A stretch of DNA of 11,587 nucleotides from Gemmatimonadota bacterium (GCA_039589315.1 JBDHHQ010000122.1:1-11587), one strand, 5' to 3'; positions 1 through 8,324 are shown, counted from the stretch's first letter. Notes: generated by a model from the letters alone, not told the origin. Numbers and translations: made by a program.

Positions 1-156
1 CAGCTCGGGCTTCAGGACCTTGAGGGCGACCTTCCGCTCGTGCTTGAGGTCGTCGGCGAGGAAGACCGTGGCCATGCCACCCTCGCCGATCTCGCGCTGG
101 ATGACGTAGCGGTCGGCCAGGGCCGCCTTGAGGCGATCTGAGGACGGGATGCTCAT
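1..156 (-). CDS. Serine/threonine protein kinase (Hanks type), N-terminal 52 aa; continues beyond the left edge
   Basis: Not in the ORF track. Manual translation from the ATG at 156 gives [52 protein letters not shown], with the Gly-rich loop ([10 protein letters not shown]) and the VALK catalytic lysine. Confidence 0.95.
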   Translation of the reverse strand, partial: MSIPSSDRLKAALADRYVIQREIGEGGMATVFLADDLKHERKVALKVLKPEL

Positions 157-259
157 CGGTGGAGGCGCTCGTCAGACGGGGGCTGGGTGAGCTCTGCGGA
201 CAAGATCCCGGCCGGACCGGGTGAAGCGCAAGGCGGAGGGGCACGTGGAAACGCGTCGC

Positions 260-784
260 TCAGGACGACGAGGCTCGTTCGAACGTCAGCGCCTCGTCGC
301 CTCCCGCATAGAGCCGCAACCGCTCGCCCTCGACCGAAAACGTCGAGACCGCGGCCAGCCGCTCGCCGAAGACTCGCTCGAACTCCATGGCCTCCGGCGG
401 CCCGGCCATCATGGTCGTTGCGACGAGCCCGAAGGCCAGGTGGCCTTCGGCCAGATCCGAGGTATGGAGCGTCGTGTTGTACCGATTGACGCCACTGAAT
501 CCGCCTACCGAGCCGTCACCCCGGATCTCGAGCGTCACCGGCTGTTCAAGCTCCGGCAGGGGTTCCCCGCCGAGGGCCACGAGCACCCAGGATCCCTCGA
601 GGCCGGCGAGTCGAATGCTGTCTTCTGAAGCCTCATTGAGAGGTGCGCCAGCCTCCGCGGATGGCTGGCCTTCGTCGCTCGGCACGTCGGGACTGTCCGG
701 CTCCGGCGGGGCGCAGCCCTGGAAGGCGGCCAGGGCCAGGATAGTCACGGAGGTGGACAGGGGTCTGGAGAGATCCGATATCAT
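260..784 (-). CDS. META/HslJ-domain lipoprotein
   Basis: Signal peptide with lipobox FQG-C, acidic Pro-rich linker, then META-like 'LEGSWVLVALGGE...VGGFSGVNRY...TTMMAG..AMEFE..F...L......GERLRLY'. Confidence 0.88.
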   Translation of the reverse strand: MISDLSRPLSTSVTILALAAFQGCAPPEPDSPDVPSDEGQPSAEAGAPLNEASEDSIRLAGLEGSWVLVALGGEPLPELEQPVTLEIRGDGSVGGFSGVNRYNTTLHTSDLAEGHLAFGLVATTMMAGPPEAMEFERVFGERLAAVSTFSVEGERLRLYAGGDEALTFERASSS

Positions 785-1141
785 GGTGCCCGCTCGGTTG
801 TCGTCGACGTGGCGCTCCTCGCGACCGATCCTGCCTTGGGGAGAAGATCCCGAGCGCCGTGGGGTAGATGCAAGACCGCAGCACGATGCTCCGAATCAGG
901 AGGGCTGACTCGCCGCAACTGAACGGGGGCTCACTACGGCTGCGTGCGCCACGGCAGCTCGATACGGGGTGCGCTCTTCGGCGCTGCTCGCATGGCGGGG
1001 CCCGCTTCGACGGATCAGCGACCGGGAGAGGGGGCGAATCACCGTTGAGGCGGCGGAGCACGGGAACGGGATCCTTCACCTCCCGGTGTCCCAGGCCGAA
1101 GCCCCCCTTCCCCATTCGCGCGTCTCTGGTTCCTTTGGGGC

Positions 1142-2119
1142 ATGTCGCTTGCCCCGTTCCACCGTGCGGGCCTGGTTCCTCTGGCCCTGGCAGCCCTTGC
1201 CTGCGGCGAAGCCCCTCCCCCGTCCACCTCGGACTCGGTGCCGGAGGATCCGGATCCTCCCGTGACCATCCCGGCGATGGGCACTCCGGCCACCTTCGAC
1301 GTCGCCACCTGGAACATCAAGCACTTCGGCGAGCCGGACGATGGCCCGACCGACGACCAGAGGCAGCTACGACGCGTACGGGACGTCATCCTCGGCACCG
1401 ACGCGGACCTGTGGGGGGTCCAGGAGATCGCGGATGAGCGTGACTTCGCGTCGTTGCTCACCGAGCTCCCGGACTACGGCGGCATACTCGCGACCGATCC
1501 GCTGGTGGGCGATGGTGCTGCCCAATACGAGGACTTCGACTTCGAGCGTAAGGTAGGCCTCGTGTACAAGCGGGCGATGGTCGAGGTCCTGGACGCGCGC
1601 ATCGTGCTCACGGACCTCGCGTTCGAGTTCGCCGGCCGTCCTCCGCTGGAAGCACGGCTCCGGGTGACGTCCCAGGGCGTCAGGCGAGACGTGACCGTCG
1701 TCGTGCTGCACACGAAGTCGGACGACCAGGTCGCCTCCTGGGAACGGCGAGCGGCAGCGGGCGCGGGGCTCAAAGCCCACCTGGATGCCACGTGGCCGGA
1801 CGATCCGGTCCTTGTCCTCGGCGACTGGAACGACGACATCGACTCCTCGATCACGCCGGGGCGGGACAGTCCGTATCGCCCGTTCGTCGACGATGCGACC
1901 TCGTGGGTCTTTGTCAGCGCGCAACTTACAGCGGCGGGCCAGACGTCGATCATCGGATTCCCAAACGTGATCGATCACATCCTGGCGTCCGACGAGGCGG
2001 TGGCGTGGTACGAACCGGAATCGGCCCGCGTGTACCGGGTGGACGACTTCATCCCTGAGTACGTGACCACGACCAGCGATCACCTACCGGTACTGGCGCG
2101 ATTCGTCCTGGAGAGGTGA
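1142..2119 (+). CDS. Endonuclease/exonuclease/phosphatase (EEP, DNase I-like) family lipoprotein
   Basis: Lipobox ALA-C; EEP motifs in the expected order: ATWNI, GVQEI, VVLHTK, LGDWN, IDHI, SDHLPV. Confidence 0.93.
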   Translation: MSLAPFHRAGLVPLALAALACGEAPPPSTSDSVPEDPDPPVTIPAMGTPATFDVATWNIKHFGEPDDGPTDDQRQLRRVRDVILGTDADLWGVQEIADERDFASLLTELPDYGGILATDPLVGDGAAQYEDFDFERKVGLVYKRAMVEVLDARIVLTDLAFEFAGRPPLEARLRVTSQGVRRDVTVVVLHTKSDDQVASWERRAAAGAGLKAHLDATWPDDPVLVLGDWNDDIDSSITPGRDSPYRPFVDDATSWVFVSAQLTAAGQTSIIGFPNVIDHILASDEAVAWYEPESARVYRVDDFIPEYVTTTSDHLPVLARFVLER

Positions 2120-2165
2120 AGCGGCCCGCTACCCGCGTCCTCCCGCCCCACAAGGAGACCGCCTG

Positions 2166-3659
2166 ATGCGACGACGTGACTTCCTGGGCCTCGCCGGCGT
2201 GGCGACCCTCGGCGCTGTGCGCCCGACGCTCCTGACGTCCGGCCCTGCGTCCCCGGTCCACGCCGCCGCCGATCAGGAGGTTGCTCGGGACCGCGTCATC
2301 GCCCGACTCATCGAGGCGAAGATGGCCGAGCACCGGATCCCCGGAGTGGCCTTCGGCGTGCTGAAGGACGACGAGCTCGGCCTCCACGGCTTCGGGCTGA
2401 CCAACCTGGACAATCCCCAGCCCGTCACGCCGGACACCGTCTTTCCCATCGCGTCGATCTCGAAGACGGTGGTCGCCACCGCAATGATGCGCCTGGTCGA
2501 AGAGGGGCGTGTCTACCTGGAGGCCCCGGTCCGGGAATATCTGCCGGACTTCCGGGTCCGGAGCGAGGCGGCCAGCCGGGACGTCCGCATCTGGCATCTC
2601 CTGACGCACACGCCCGGGTGGGAAGGTCAGCTGGGCACGCCGGACCGGGGGCCCGAGACGCTGGCCAGCTTCGTCGAGGGCTTGGGCGACCTGCCGCAGC
2701 TCGCCACGCCCGGGACCGTCTGGAGCTACAACAACGCCGGGTTCGGCGTGGCGGGTCTCGTGCTCGAGGTCCTGACCGAGGGGACGATCGGCGAGGCCCT
2801 CCGGGAGCTCGTCTTCGAGCCGGTGGGCCTGACCCACGCGTTCACCCGCACCGGCACCGCCATGACCCACCGGTTCGCCGCCCCACACCGTGAGGCGGAG
2901 GGCCGCACCACCGTCGTCCGACCCTTCCGGCTGCCCGCGAACGTGGCCGCGGGCGGGGCCGCCATGAGCCTCGCGTCGATCATGGCCTACGCCCGCTTCC
3001 ACCTGGGAGACGGCACGGCCCACGGCACTCGCGTGCTCCAGCGCGAGACCCTCGAACAGATGCGCACACCGCGCCTGACCAAGAACAGCACCACCGACGA
3101 GATCGGCTTGGCTTGGCAGCTGCGCACCGTGGGCGGCGTACGGACCGCCGCTCACGGCGGCACTCTGTCAGGCCACTGCCTGCACTTGCAGCTGGTGCCT
3201 GAACGGCGCCTGGCATTCGCGATCCTGACGAACCACCGTCAGGGATGGCGGCTGATTCAAGCCGTGGAGCGCGCCGTCCTGGACACGTACGAGGGCCTCG
3301 CGTTGGAGCCGGGCCAGGCGACGGGCGGAAACCGGGGCGGCAACGAGGACATGACCGTCCACGCCCAACCGCTCGCCACCCAGCCCCCGCCCGACGCCTA
3401 CATCGGGACGTACAGCCGGCCTCCTAACGGAACGGCGGAGGTCATGGCGAGCGAGATCGGACTCGTGATCCGAGGCGGCGGCGCCGGCGGCGAAGGGGTG
3501 CCGCTGGTCTTCTGGGGACCGGATCTGACATACGCGGCGCCTGCCGACGGCACAGGCTATCCCTACTACGGCATGCCCATCGAGTTCGTCCGCAGGCCGG
3601 ACGGGTCGGTGGGGTGGGTGCGGATCAACGGGCGGATCGCGGCCCGGGATCTGGGTTGA
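2166..3659 (+). CDS. Tat-exported serine hydrolase, beta-lactamase class C / penicillin-binding protein-like family
   Basis: SD AAGGAG upstream; twin-arginine signal MRRRDFLG; SxxK (SISK), LLTHTPG, YxN (YNN) and HGG motifs; C-terminal extension. Confidence 0.93.
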   Translation: MRRRDFLGLAGVATLGAVRPTLLTSGPASPVHAAADQEVARDRVIARLIEAKMAEHRIPGVAFGVLKDDELGLHGFGLTNLDNPQPVTPDTVFPIASISKTVVATAMMRLVEEGRVYLEAPVREYLPDFRVRSEAASRDVRIWHLLTHTPGWEGQLGTPDRGPETLASFVEGLGDLPQLATPGTVWSYNNAGFGVAGLVLEVLTEGTIGEALRELVFEPVGLTHAFTRTGTAMTHRFAAPHREAEGRTTVVRPFRLPANVAAGGAAMSLASIMAYARFHLGDGTAHGTRVLQRETLEQMRTPRLTKNSTTDEIGLAWQLRTVGGVRTAAHGGTLSGHCLHLQLVPERRLAFAILTNHRQGWRLIQAVERAVLDTYEGLALEPGQATGGNRGGNEDMTVHAQPLATQPPPDAYIGTYSRPPNGTAEVMASEIGLVIRGGGAGGEGVPLVFWGPDLTYAAPADGTGYPYYGMPIEFVRRPDGSVGWVRINGRIAARDLG

Positions 3660-3783
3660 GGTGGTGGCGCCGGCGAGCCCTTGGCCGCTCCAAGTGGGCC
3701 AGGTCCTCGGCAGCGACCAGCGCAGCTACCGGCACGCCGTCGTGCGTGATGACCTCGGGCGGCCCACCCTCTGCCTCCCGCAC
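3625..3783 (-). pseudogene. Truncated Phd/YefM-family (type II TA) antitoxin-like remnant
   Basis: Frame reads (HY)VREAEGGPPEVITHDGVPVAALVAAEDLAHLER, matching the Phd core pattern 'v..ae.Ge.vvIT.hG.pvA.lv..ed...l'. The usual N-terminal ~15 aa and an SD are missing, and the tail runs 35 nt into the convergent hydrolase gene. Confidence 0.6.
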
Positions 3784-3793
3784 GTAATGGATA

Positions 3794-3813
3794 GAGCGGG
3801 GCGTCCCCCGCCC
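3794..3813 (-). terminator. GC-rich hairpin right after the permease stop, possible terminator
   Basis: Minus strand GGGCGGGG-GACG-CCCCGCTC (8 bp with one G-U), followed by TATCCATT; no clean U-tract. Confidence 0.35.
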
Positions 3814-6248
3814 TAGGCCTGTAGCGCCACCACCGGATCCACCCGGATCGCCTTGAGCGCCGGCCCCAGTGCCGCCGTCAACGCCGTCAGGACCAGCGTC
3901 CCAACGATCACGCCGTAGACGATGGCATCCCACGACTCGACCCCGTACAGCGTGGCCGCCAACGGAACGCTCAATGCCGCCCCGAGCCCAAGCCCCACCG
4001 CCATTCCTACGCCCAGCTGGATCAGGACGCGCCGGAGCACGAGGTGCAGGACGTCCCGCCCCTGCGCGCCCATGGCCATGCGCACGCCCAGCTCCCGGAT
4101 GCGGCTCGAGACTGAGAAGTCGATCACGCCGTACAGTCCCACCGCAGCCAGGAACAGGGCGGTGGCGCCGAAGATGGCAAACATGATCCCGAAGATCTTG
4201 TGGAAGAAGATGGACTGGTCGACCACCTCGCCCATCGTGCGAACCCAGTACAGCGGCAGGTTGGGATCCACGTCGCTCACGGCGCGGCGCACCACCGCGG
4301 TGATCTGGGTAGGCGGACCCACGGTGCGAACGGCGACGCTCATGAACCGGGCGTCTCCCTGCCCCAGCGGCAGATAGATCCCTTCCGCCAACGGGTCTCC
4401 GCCCGCGAAGGGGTTCACGCCGCCATCCACGTCGTCCACGACACCCACGATTCGGAGCCACGGCGCGGGCTCCTCTTCGGCGCCACTCCACAGCCGGACC
4501 TGGCGGCCCACGGCTCCACCGTCCGACAGGTGCCGGTCCACGAAGCTCCGGTTCACGATCACCACGGGCTCGCCGTCGCGGCGCGTCTCGGACAGCCGGA
4601 AGTCGCGCCCGTCCCGAACCGGCACCTGGAACGTCTCGAAGAACCCGGGCGTGATGAGGCCCGTCATGGCCGTGGGCACATCGCGATCCGTCGCGTACGC
4701 CTCACCCTCGACCTCCACGCGCCGACGGCCGCCCCCGCTGGCAGGCAGACTCTGCGCCAGGGTCGCCGAAACGATGCCGGGCTCGGCGGATAGGCGCTCG
4801 AGCAGGTCGTGGTAGAAGCGGTTACGGGCGTCCTCGTCGGGGTAGTCCGTCTCGAAGAGCCCCAGCCGGAAGGTCATGACCTGCTCGCCCCGAAAGCCCA
4901 TGTCAGCCCGGTTGAGGTCGACAAGCGCGCGGACCAGCAGTCCGGACGCCACCATGAGGGCGCAGGAGATGGCGAGCTCGGCCACGACCAGGCCCGAGCT
5001 GAACCGGCTGAGCCTGATGCTCGACGACCCGCGGCTCTCGTCCCTGAGCACGGTGCTGATCCGGGTCCCGGAGGCGCGGAAGGCCGGAAGGGTGCCCGCT
5101 GCCACCGCGGCCAGGAGCGTCATGCCCGTCGTGAACAGAAGTGCCACGCCGTCCAGATCGAAGTAGATCCAGTACGGCTTGCTTACGTCCTGCAACGAGG
5201 CGTTGAAGAAGCGCAGCCCGATGCTCGCTACGAGCAGCCCCACAACACCCCCGACGATCCCCAGCGCCACCGCCTCGGCAAGGAGTTGACGAATCACCCG
5301 CCAGCGGTCCGCTCCCATGGCACTCCGGATCGCCACCTCCCGGTCCCGTACGGCCGCCCGGGCCATGAGAACGTTGGCCACGTTGGCGCATGCGATCAGC
5401 AGGACGCCGGACACCATCCCCATCATCATGACCATCATCAGGCTGATCTGGGGCGGCATGTTCGCCTCCTGGAACAGCTCGACCCGGCCGCTCACACCCT
5501 CGTTCTCGTCGGGGTACTGTGCCGCGATCTGCCCCAGGATCCGCTGCACCTCCTGTTCGGCGACCTGGATTGAGGTGCCCTCTCGCACGTAGCCGATCAC
5601 CTGCAACGGACGCCCGCGCCGGGGAAGGGTCGCCGGATCGTCCCTGAGCGGCATCCACAGGTCGTCTTCGAAGGGGAAGTGGAAGCCCTCGGGCATGACC
5701 CCCACGATGGTGGCGGTCTCCCCGTTCAGCCGTACGGTGCGCCCCACCACGTCAGGGTCGGATCCGAAGCGGTCCCGCCAGACGGTGTATCCGATCACGA
5801 CCGTGGGCGCCGCCGAGGGGTCGTCGTCCTCGTCAAGGAAGGTACGCCCGAGGACGGGGGGCACGCCCAGCATGGCCAGCGTGCTCGAAGTGACCCACGA
5901 CCCCTGGAAGCGCTCCGGGGGACCCTCGTCTCCGGCCAGGTTCATGGTGCCGGAGGTCATGCCGTTCAGGTATTCGAAGCTGGTATGCTGATCTCGGACG
6001 TCGATCAGGTCGTGGAGCGGCACCCCCATCTGGTCGATGCCCTCCTCCGTGCGGTTCTCGTACATCGTGATGAGCCGCTCTGCGTCCCTGACCGGGAGCG
6101 GGCGCAGGAGAGTACCGTACAGGACGCTGAAGCCGAACGTCACGCCCCCTACGCCCAGGCCGATGGTGAGGATCGATACGAGCGAGAGGAGGGGCGTCCG
6201 GACGAGCATCCGGAAGCCCTGCTTCAGGTCTCTGAGCCAGCCGTCCAT
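3813..6248 (-). CDS. ABC transporter permease, duplicated MacB/FtsX type (ADOP-like), 811 aa
   Basis: Likely start MDGWLRDLKQGFRMLVRTP with GAGG upstream (the ORF track extends to a TTG at 6332). Two MacB-PCD + FtsX halves: 'LLIACANVANVLMARAAVRDREVAIRSAMGA', 'GLYGVIDFSVSSRIRELGVRMAMGA', C-terminal 'RVDPVVALQA'. Confidence 0.95.
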   Translation of the reverse strand: MDGWLRDLKQGFRMLVRTPLLSLVSILTIGLGVGGVTFGFSVLYGTLLRPLPVRDAERLITMYENRTEEGIDQMGVPLHDLIDVRDQHTSFEYLNGMTSGTMNLAGDEGPPERFQGSWVTSSTLAMLGVPPVLGRTFLDEDDDPSAAPTVVIGYTVWRDRFGSDPDVVGRTVRLNGETATIVGVMPEGFHFPFEDDLWMPLRDDPATLPRRGRPLQVIGYVREGTSIQVAEQEVQRILGQIAAQYPDENEGVSGRVELFQEANMPPQISLMMVMMMGMVSGVLLIACANVANVLMARAAVRDREVAIRSAMGADRWRVIRQLLAEAVALGIVGGVVGLLVASIGLRFFNASLQDVSKPYWIYFDLDGVALLFTTGMTLLAAVAAGTLPAFRASGTRISTVLRDESRGSSSIRLSRFSSGLVVAELAISCALMVASGLLVRALVDLNRADMGFRGEQVMTFRLGLFETDYPDEDARNRFYHDLLERLSAEPGIVSATLAQSLPASGGGRRRVEVEGEAYATDRDVPTAMTGLITPGFFETFQVPVRDGRDFRLSETRRDGEPVVIVNRSFVDRHLSDGGAVGRQVRLWSGAEEEPAPWLRIVGVVDDVDGGVNPFAGGDPLAEGIYLPLGQGDARFMSVAVRTVGPPTQITAVVRRAVSDVDPNLPLYWVRTMGEVVDQSIFFHKIFGIMFAIFGATALFLAAVGLYGVIDFSVSSRIRELGVRMAMGAQGRDVLHLVLRRVLIQLGVGMAVGLGLGAALSVPLAATLYGVESWDAIVYGVIVGTLVLTALTAALGPALKAIRVDPVVALQA

Positions 6249-6455
6249 GGGCCTCTGGAGTGCGAGTCGAGTCGGGTCGCGGGCCGACGGGGGCCGAAGT
6301 GGAAGATCCCGGTCAGGACGGTGCGGACGCAAGCATCGTCACAGCCCCTCCGTCTCGAATTCGATGCCCAGGTGCTCGAGTAGCCGGTTCTCGACCTCTT
6401 CCTGGAGCGAAGGGTCCGCCAATGCGTGGGCGTCAGGTAGGCGGACCCGAAGAGA

Positions 6456-7118
6456 TCAGGTCTGGTCGACGCCCGACGGATACACCCACGACCGCTCCCA
6501 ACTATCCGCCTCGACTACCGCCGCCACCGCGCCCGCGATCTTGGCCCCTCCCACCTCATTCGGTTCGATCTCCAGGACGTAGTCGGAGGGCTCGTTGCAG
6601 ACCCTGCGCAGGTCGATCACCGGCGCTCCAACGTCTAAGGCGGCCTGGAAGATGGAGCCGTTGAACATGCGGAGGGCGGCGTCGATCACACGCTGCGTGT
6701 CGGGCGGGAACGCGCCGCCGTAGATGGTGCACACCACCAACGGAAGGTGTCCGTAGGCGGGCGCATGGCATGCGTCGACCACCGCATGGAGCGCCCGGTG
6801 GTACGATGCCTCGAACTCGTCGATCACGTCCATCATCCTGTCCAGCGCCTTGTCCATGCGTCGGACCCGGGCCCCGAGGATGGATTGCCGCATGAGCGCG
6901 TCGTTGCCGCCGACGCTCAGCGCCAGGTGGGTGGCGTCCTCGGGAAGGCCCTCGAGCTGACGGAGAACGTCCCACGTGACGGCGCCGTCCACGGCCAAGA
7001 GCGTGACCCGGCCTCCGAGCCGCTCCCTCAACTGGGACGCCACGTCTGGGCCACCGTCGGTGTAGGCGGCGTTGTCGAAGGTGGAGTCGCCCACGAGGAC
7101 GACGTGGCGGGTGCTCAT
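6456..7118 (-). CDS. SGNH/GDSL hydrolase family protein
   Basis: SD GAGG before the ATG at 7118; block I 'VVLVGDS', block III 'SVGGND', block V region 'DYVLEIEPNEVGGAKIA'. Confidence 0.9.
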   Translation of the reverse strand: MSTRHVVLVGDSTFDNAAYTDGGPDVASQLRERLGGRVTLLAVDGAVTWDVLRQLEGLPEDATHLALSVGGNDALMRQSILGARVRRMDKALDRMMDVIDEFEASYHRALHAVVDACHAPAYGHLPLVVCTIYGGAFPPDTQRVIDAALRMFNGSIFQAALDVGAPVIDLRRVCNEPSDYVLEIEPNEVGGAKIAGAVAAVVEADSWERSWVYPSGVDQT

Positions 7119-7249
7119 GATCGATTCCTCGGTACGCGGGGAGCGAGGCTCGTCGTCACGGGCCTTCATATTCCAGCAGGCTGCTTCGATTATGTAGCAT
7201 GCGGGCTCGCGCCAGTAGCCCTTGGGCTCCGCCGAAGAGGAGACCTTCC

Positions 7250-7816
7250 ATGAATCGAAATGCTATGCGTCCCGCCCTGGCCATTTCACCGGCGTTCCTG
7301 ACCGCTCTCCTCGCCGTACCGCTCCTGTCCGCGCCCCTCCAGGCGCAGGCGCGCGCCGTGGAGTTCGGCATGGATCTGGGCGTGACCGTGACCGACTTCG
7401 AGGACTCGGACATCACGCTGATCGACGTGGGGATCCCGGCTCAGCGTCTCCGGGTCGGCGCGTTCATCTCGGACCAGGTGTCCATCGAGACAGCGGTGGC
7501 GTTTTCGCTCTTGGATGTCGATGACTTCACGACAACCACGACCGATCTGGCGCTCGGCGTGAACATCCACTCCACGCCGGACCACATGGACCTGCGTGTC
7601 TACGCGGCCCCCTTCGGGGGCGTGTCGATCGTGTCACTCGACGACGAGACCGACACCCAGTGGTCCGCGGGAGCCGCTCTCGGCCTCAAAGCACCCGTGC
7701 GGGAGACCTTCCTTGTTCGTGTCGAGGCGAGCTACGCCCGTGGCTTCGAGAACAGCAACGTGGCGGGCTCCAACAACTTCCGGGGTGTGGTCGGTCTGTC
7801 ATTCCTCGTGTTGTAG
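7250..7816 (+). CDS. Outer-membrane beta-barrel protein (small, probably 8-stranded)
   Basis: SD GAGGAG; Sec signal ending LQA-Q; alternating amphipathic strands (VEFGMDLGV, LRVGAF, WSAGAALGLK, VRVEASY, FRGVVGLSF). Confidence 0.85.
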   Translation: MNRNAMRPALAISPAFLTALLAVPLLSAPLQAQARAVEFGMDLGVTVTDFEDSDITLIDVGIPAQRLRVGAFISDQVSIETAVAFSLLDVDDFTTTTTDLALGVNIHSTPDHMDLRVYAAPFGGVSIVSLDDETDTQWSAGAALGLKAPVRETFLVRVEASYARGFENSNVAGSNNFRGVVGLSFLVL

Positions 7817-7997
7817 GGCGACGGTGGTGGTCGGCGGTAGCCGGCTGCCCGTGACCAGAGTAGTACCTGGTCGTGGTCATGGTTCCCCGGGTTCCTCCGA
7901 GGATAGAGAGAGGACGCGGCGGAGCCATGGTCGTTCGGGACGGAGGTTGGGAAGGCGTCACCGGGAGCTTGCCGGCGTAGGGCGTCGAGCCGTCCCC

Positions 7998-8027
7998 CGT
8001 GACGCACGGCCACGGTCACGCTACTGT
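7998..8027 (+). promoter_or_regulatory. Putative sigma70 promoter overlapped by a palindromic operator
   Basis: GTGACG (7999-8004)-N17-TACTGT (8022-8027); inverted repeat CGTGAC-N11-GTCACG (7998-8020). Confidence 0.45.
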
Positions 8028-8081
8028 GCGGAGACCCGATCGTAGATCCAAGACCCCCGAAGCCAAGCGACCGAGGAACCG

Positions 8082-8270
8082 ATGGCGACCTACACCTGTG
8101 ACGTGTGCGGCATGAGCGTGAACATGACCTGCGCCAAGTGCGGCCAGGAGCTGGTTCACGACACCCTGACGACAGAGGGCGGCAGCGTTGCGATCTCCAA
8201 GTGCCCGGAGGGGCACGGCAAGATCAAGTCGCCCATGTGCTGTGGGCAGGACATGACCTGCCCGATCTAG
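8082..8270 (+). CDS. Small Cys-rich putative metal-binding protein (desulforedoxin-like ends), 62 aa
   Basis: SD GAGG; strongly GC3-biased codons; CxxC, CxxC, CxxxH and CCGxDM motifs; hairpins downstream. Confidence 0.88.
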   Translation: MATYTCDVCGMSVNMTCAKCGQELVHDTLTTEGGSVAISKCPEGHGKIKSPMCCGQDMTCPI

Positions 8271-8324
8271 TCGCTGGGGCTCGCCGGGCACGGTTGCTCC
8301 GGCGAGGATCAGGTACGGCACTAC

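Noticed and set aside
785..1141. Long intergenic region with a pairing ACCGGGAG (1021-1028)/CTCCCGGT (1080-1087) and a GGGAGAG motif suggesting a glycine or lysine riboswitch
   Set aside because: The other conserved aptamer elements (e.g. CCGAAGG, CTCTCAGG) are not in place; an Rfam/Infernal scan would be needed. ORFs crossing the region look like noise.
6249..6332. 28-aa N-terminal extension of the permease in the ORF track
   Set aside because: Pro/Arg-rich with no SD; the family-typical start and an SD are at 6248.
2049..6383. Long alternative-frame and antisense ORFs (e.g. 2049-3155, 4809-5573, 5679-6383, most of 3625-4491)
   Set aside because: Shadow ORFs typical of high-GC DNA; they overlap well-supported genes and show no motifs, apart from the Phd-like tail reported separately.
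7686..7880. Minus-strand ORF MTTTRYYSGHGQ... with an upstream GGAGG
   Set aside because: The SD is too far from the ATG, the ORF overlaps the beta-barrel gene antisense, and the composition is not protein-like.
7930..8040. Cobalamin riboswitch-like words (GGGAAGG, ACTGT, GGAGACC) upstream of the Cys-rich gene
   Set aside because: Wrong order and spacing, and no GCCACTG or GGTG-AA-TCC core; better explained as a promoter.
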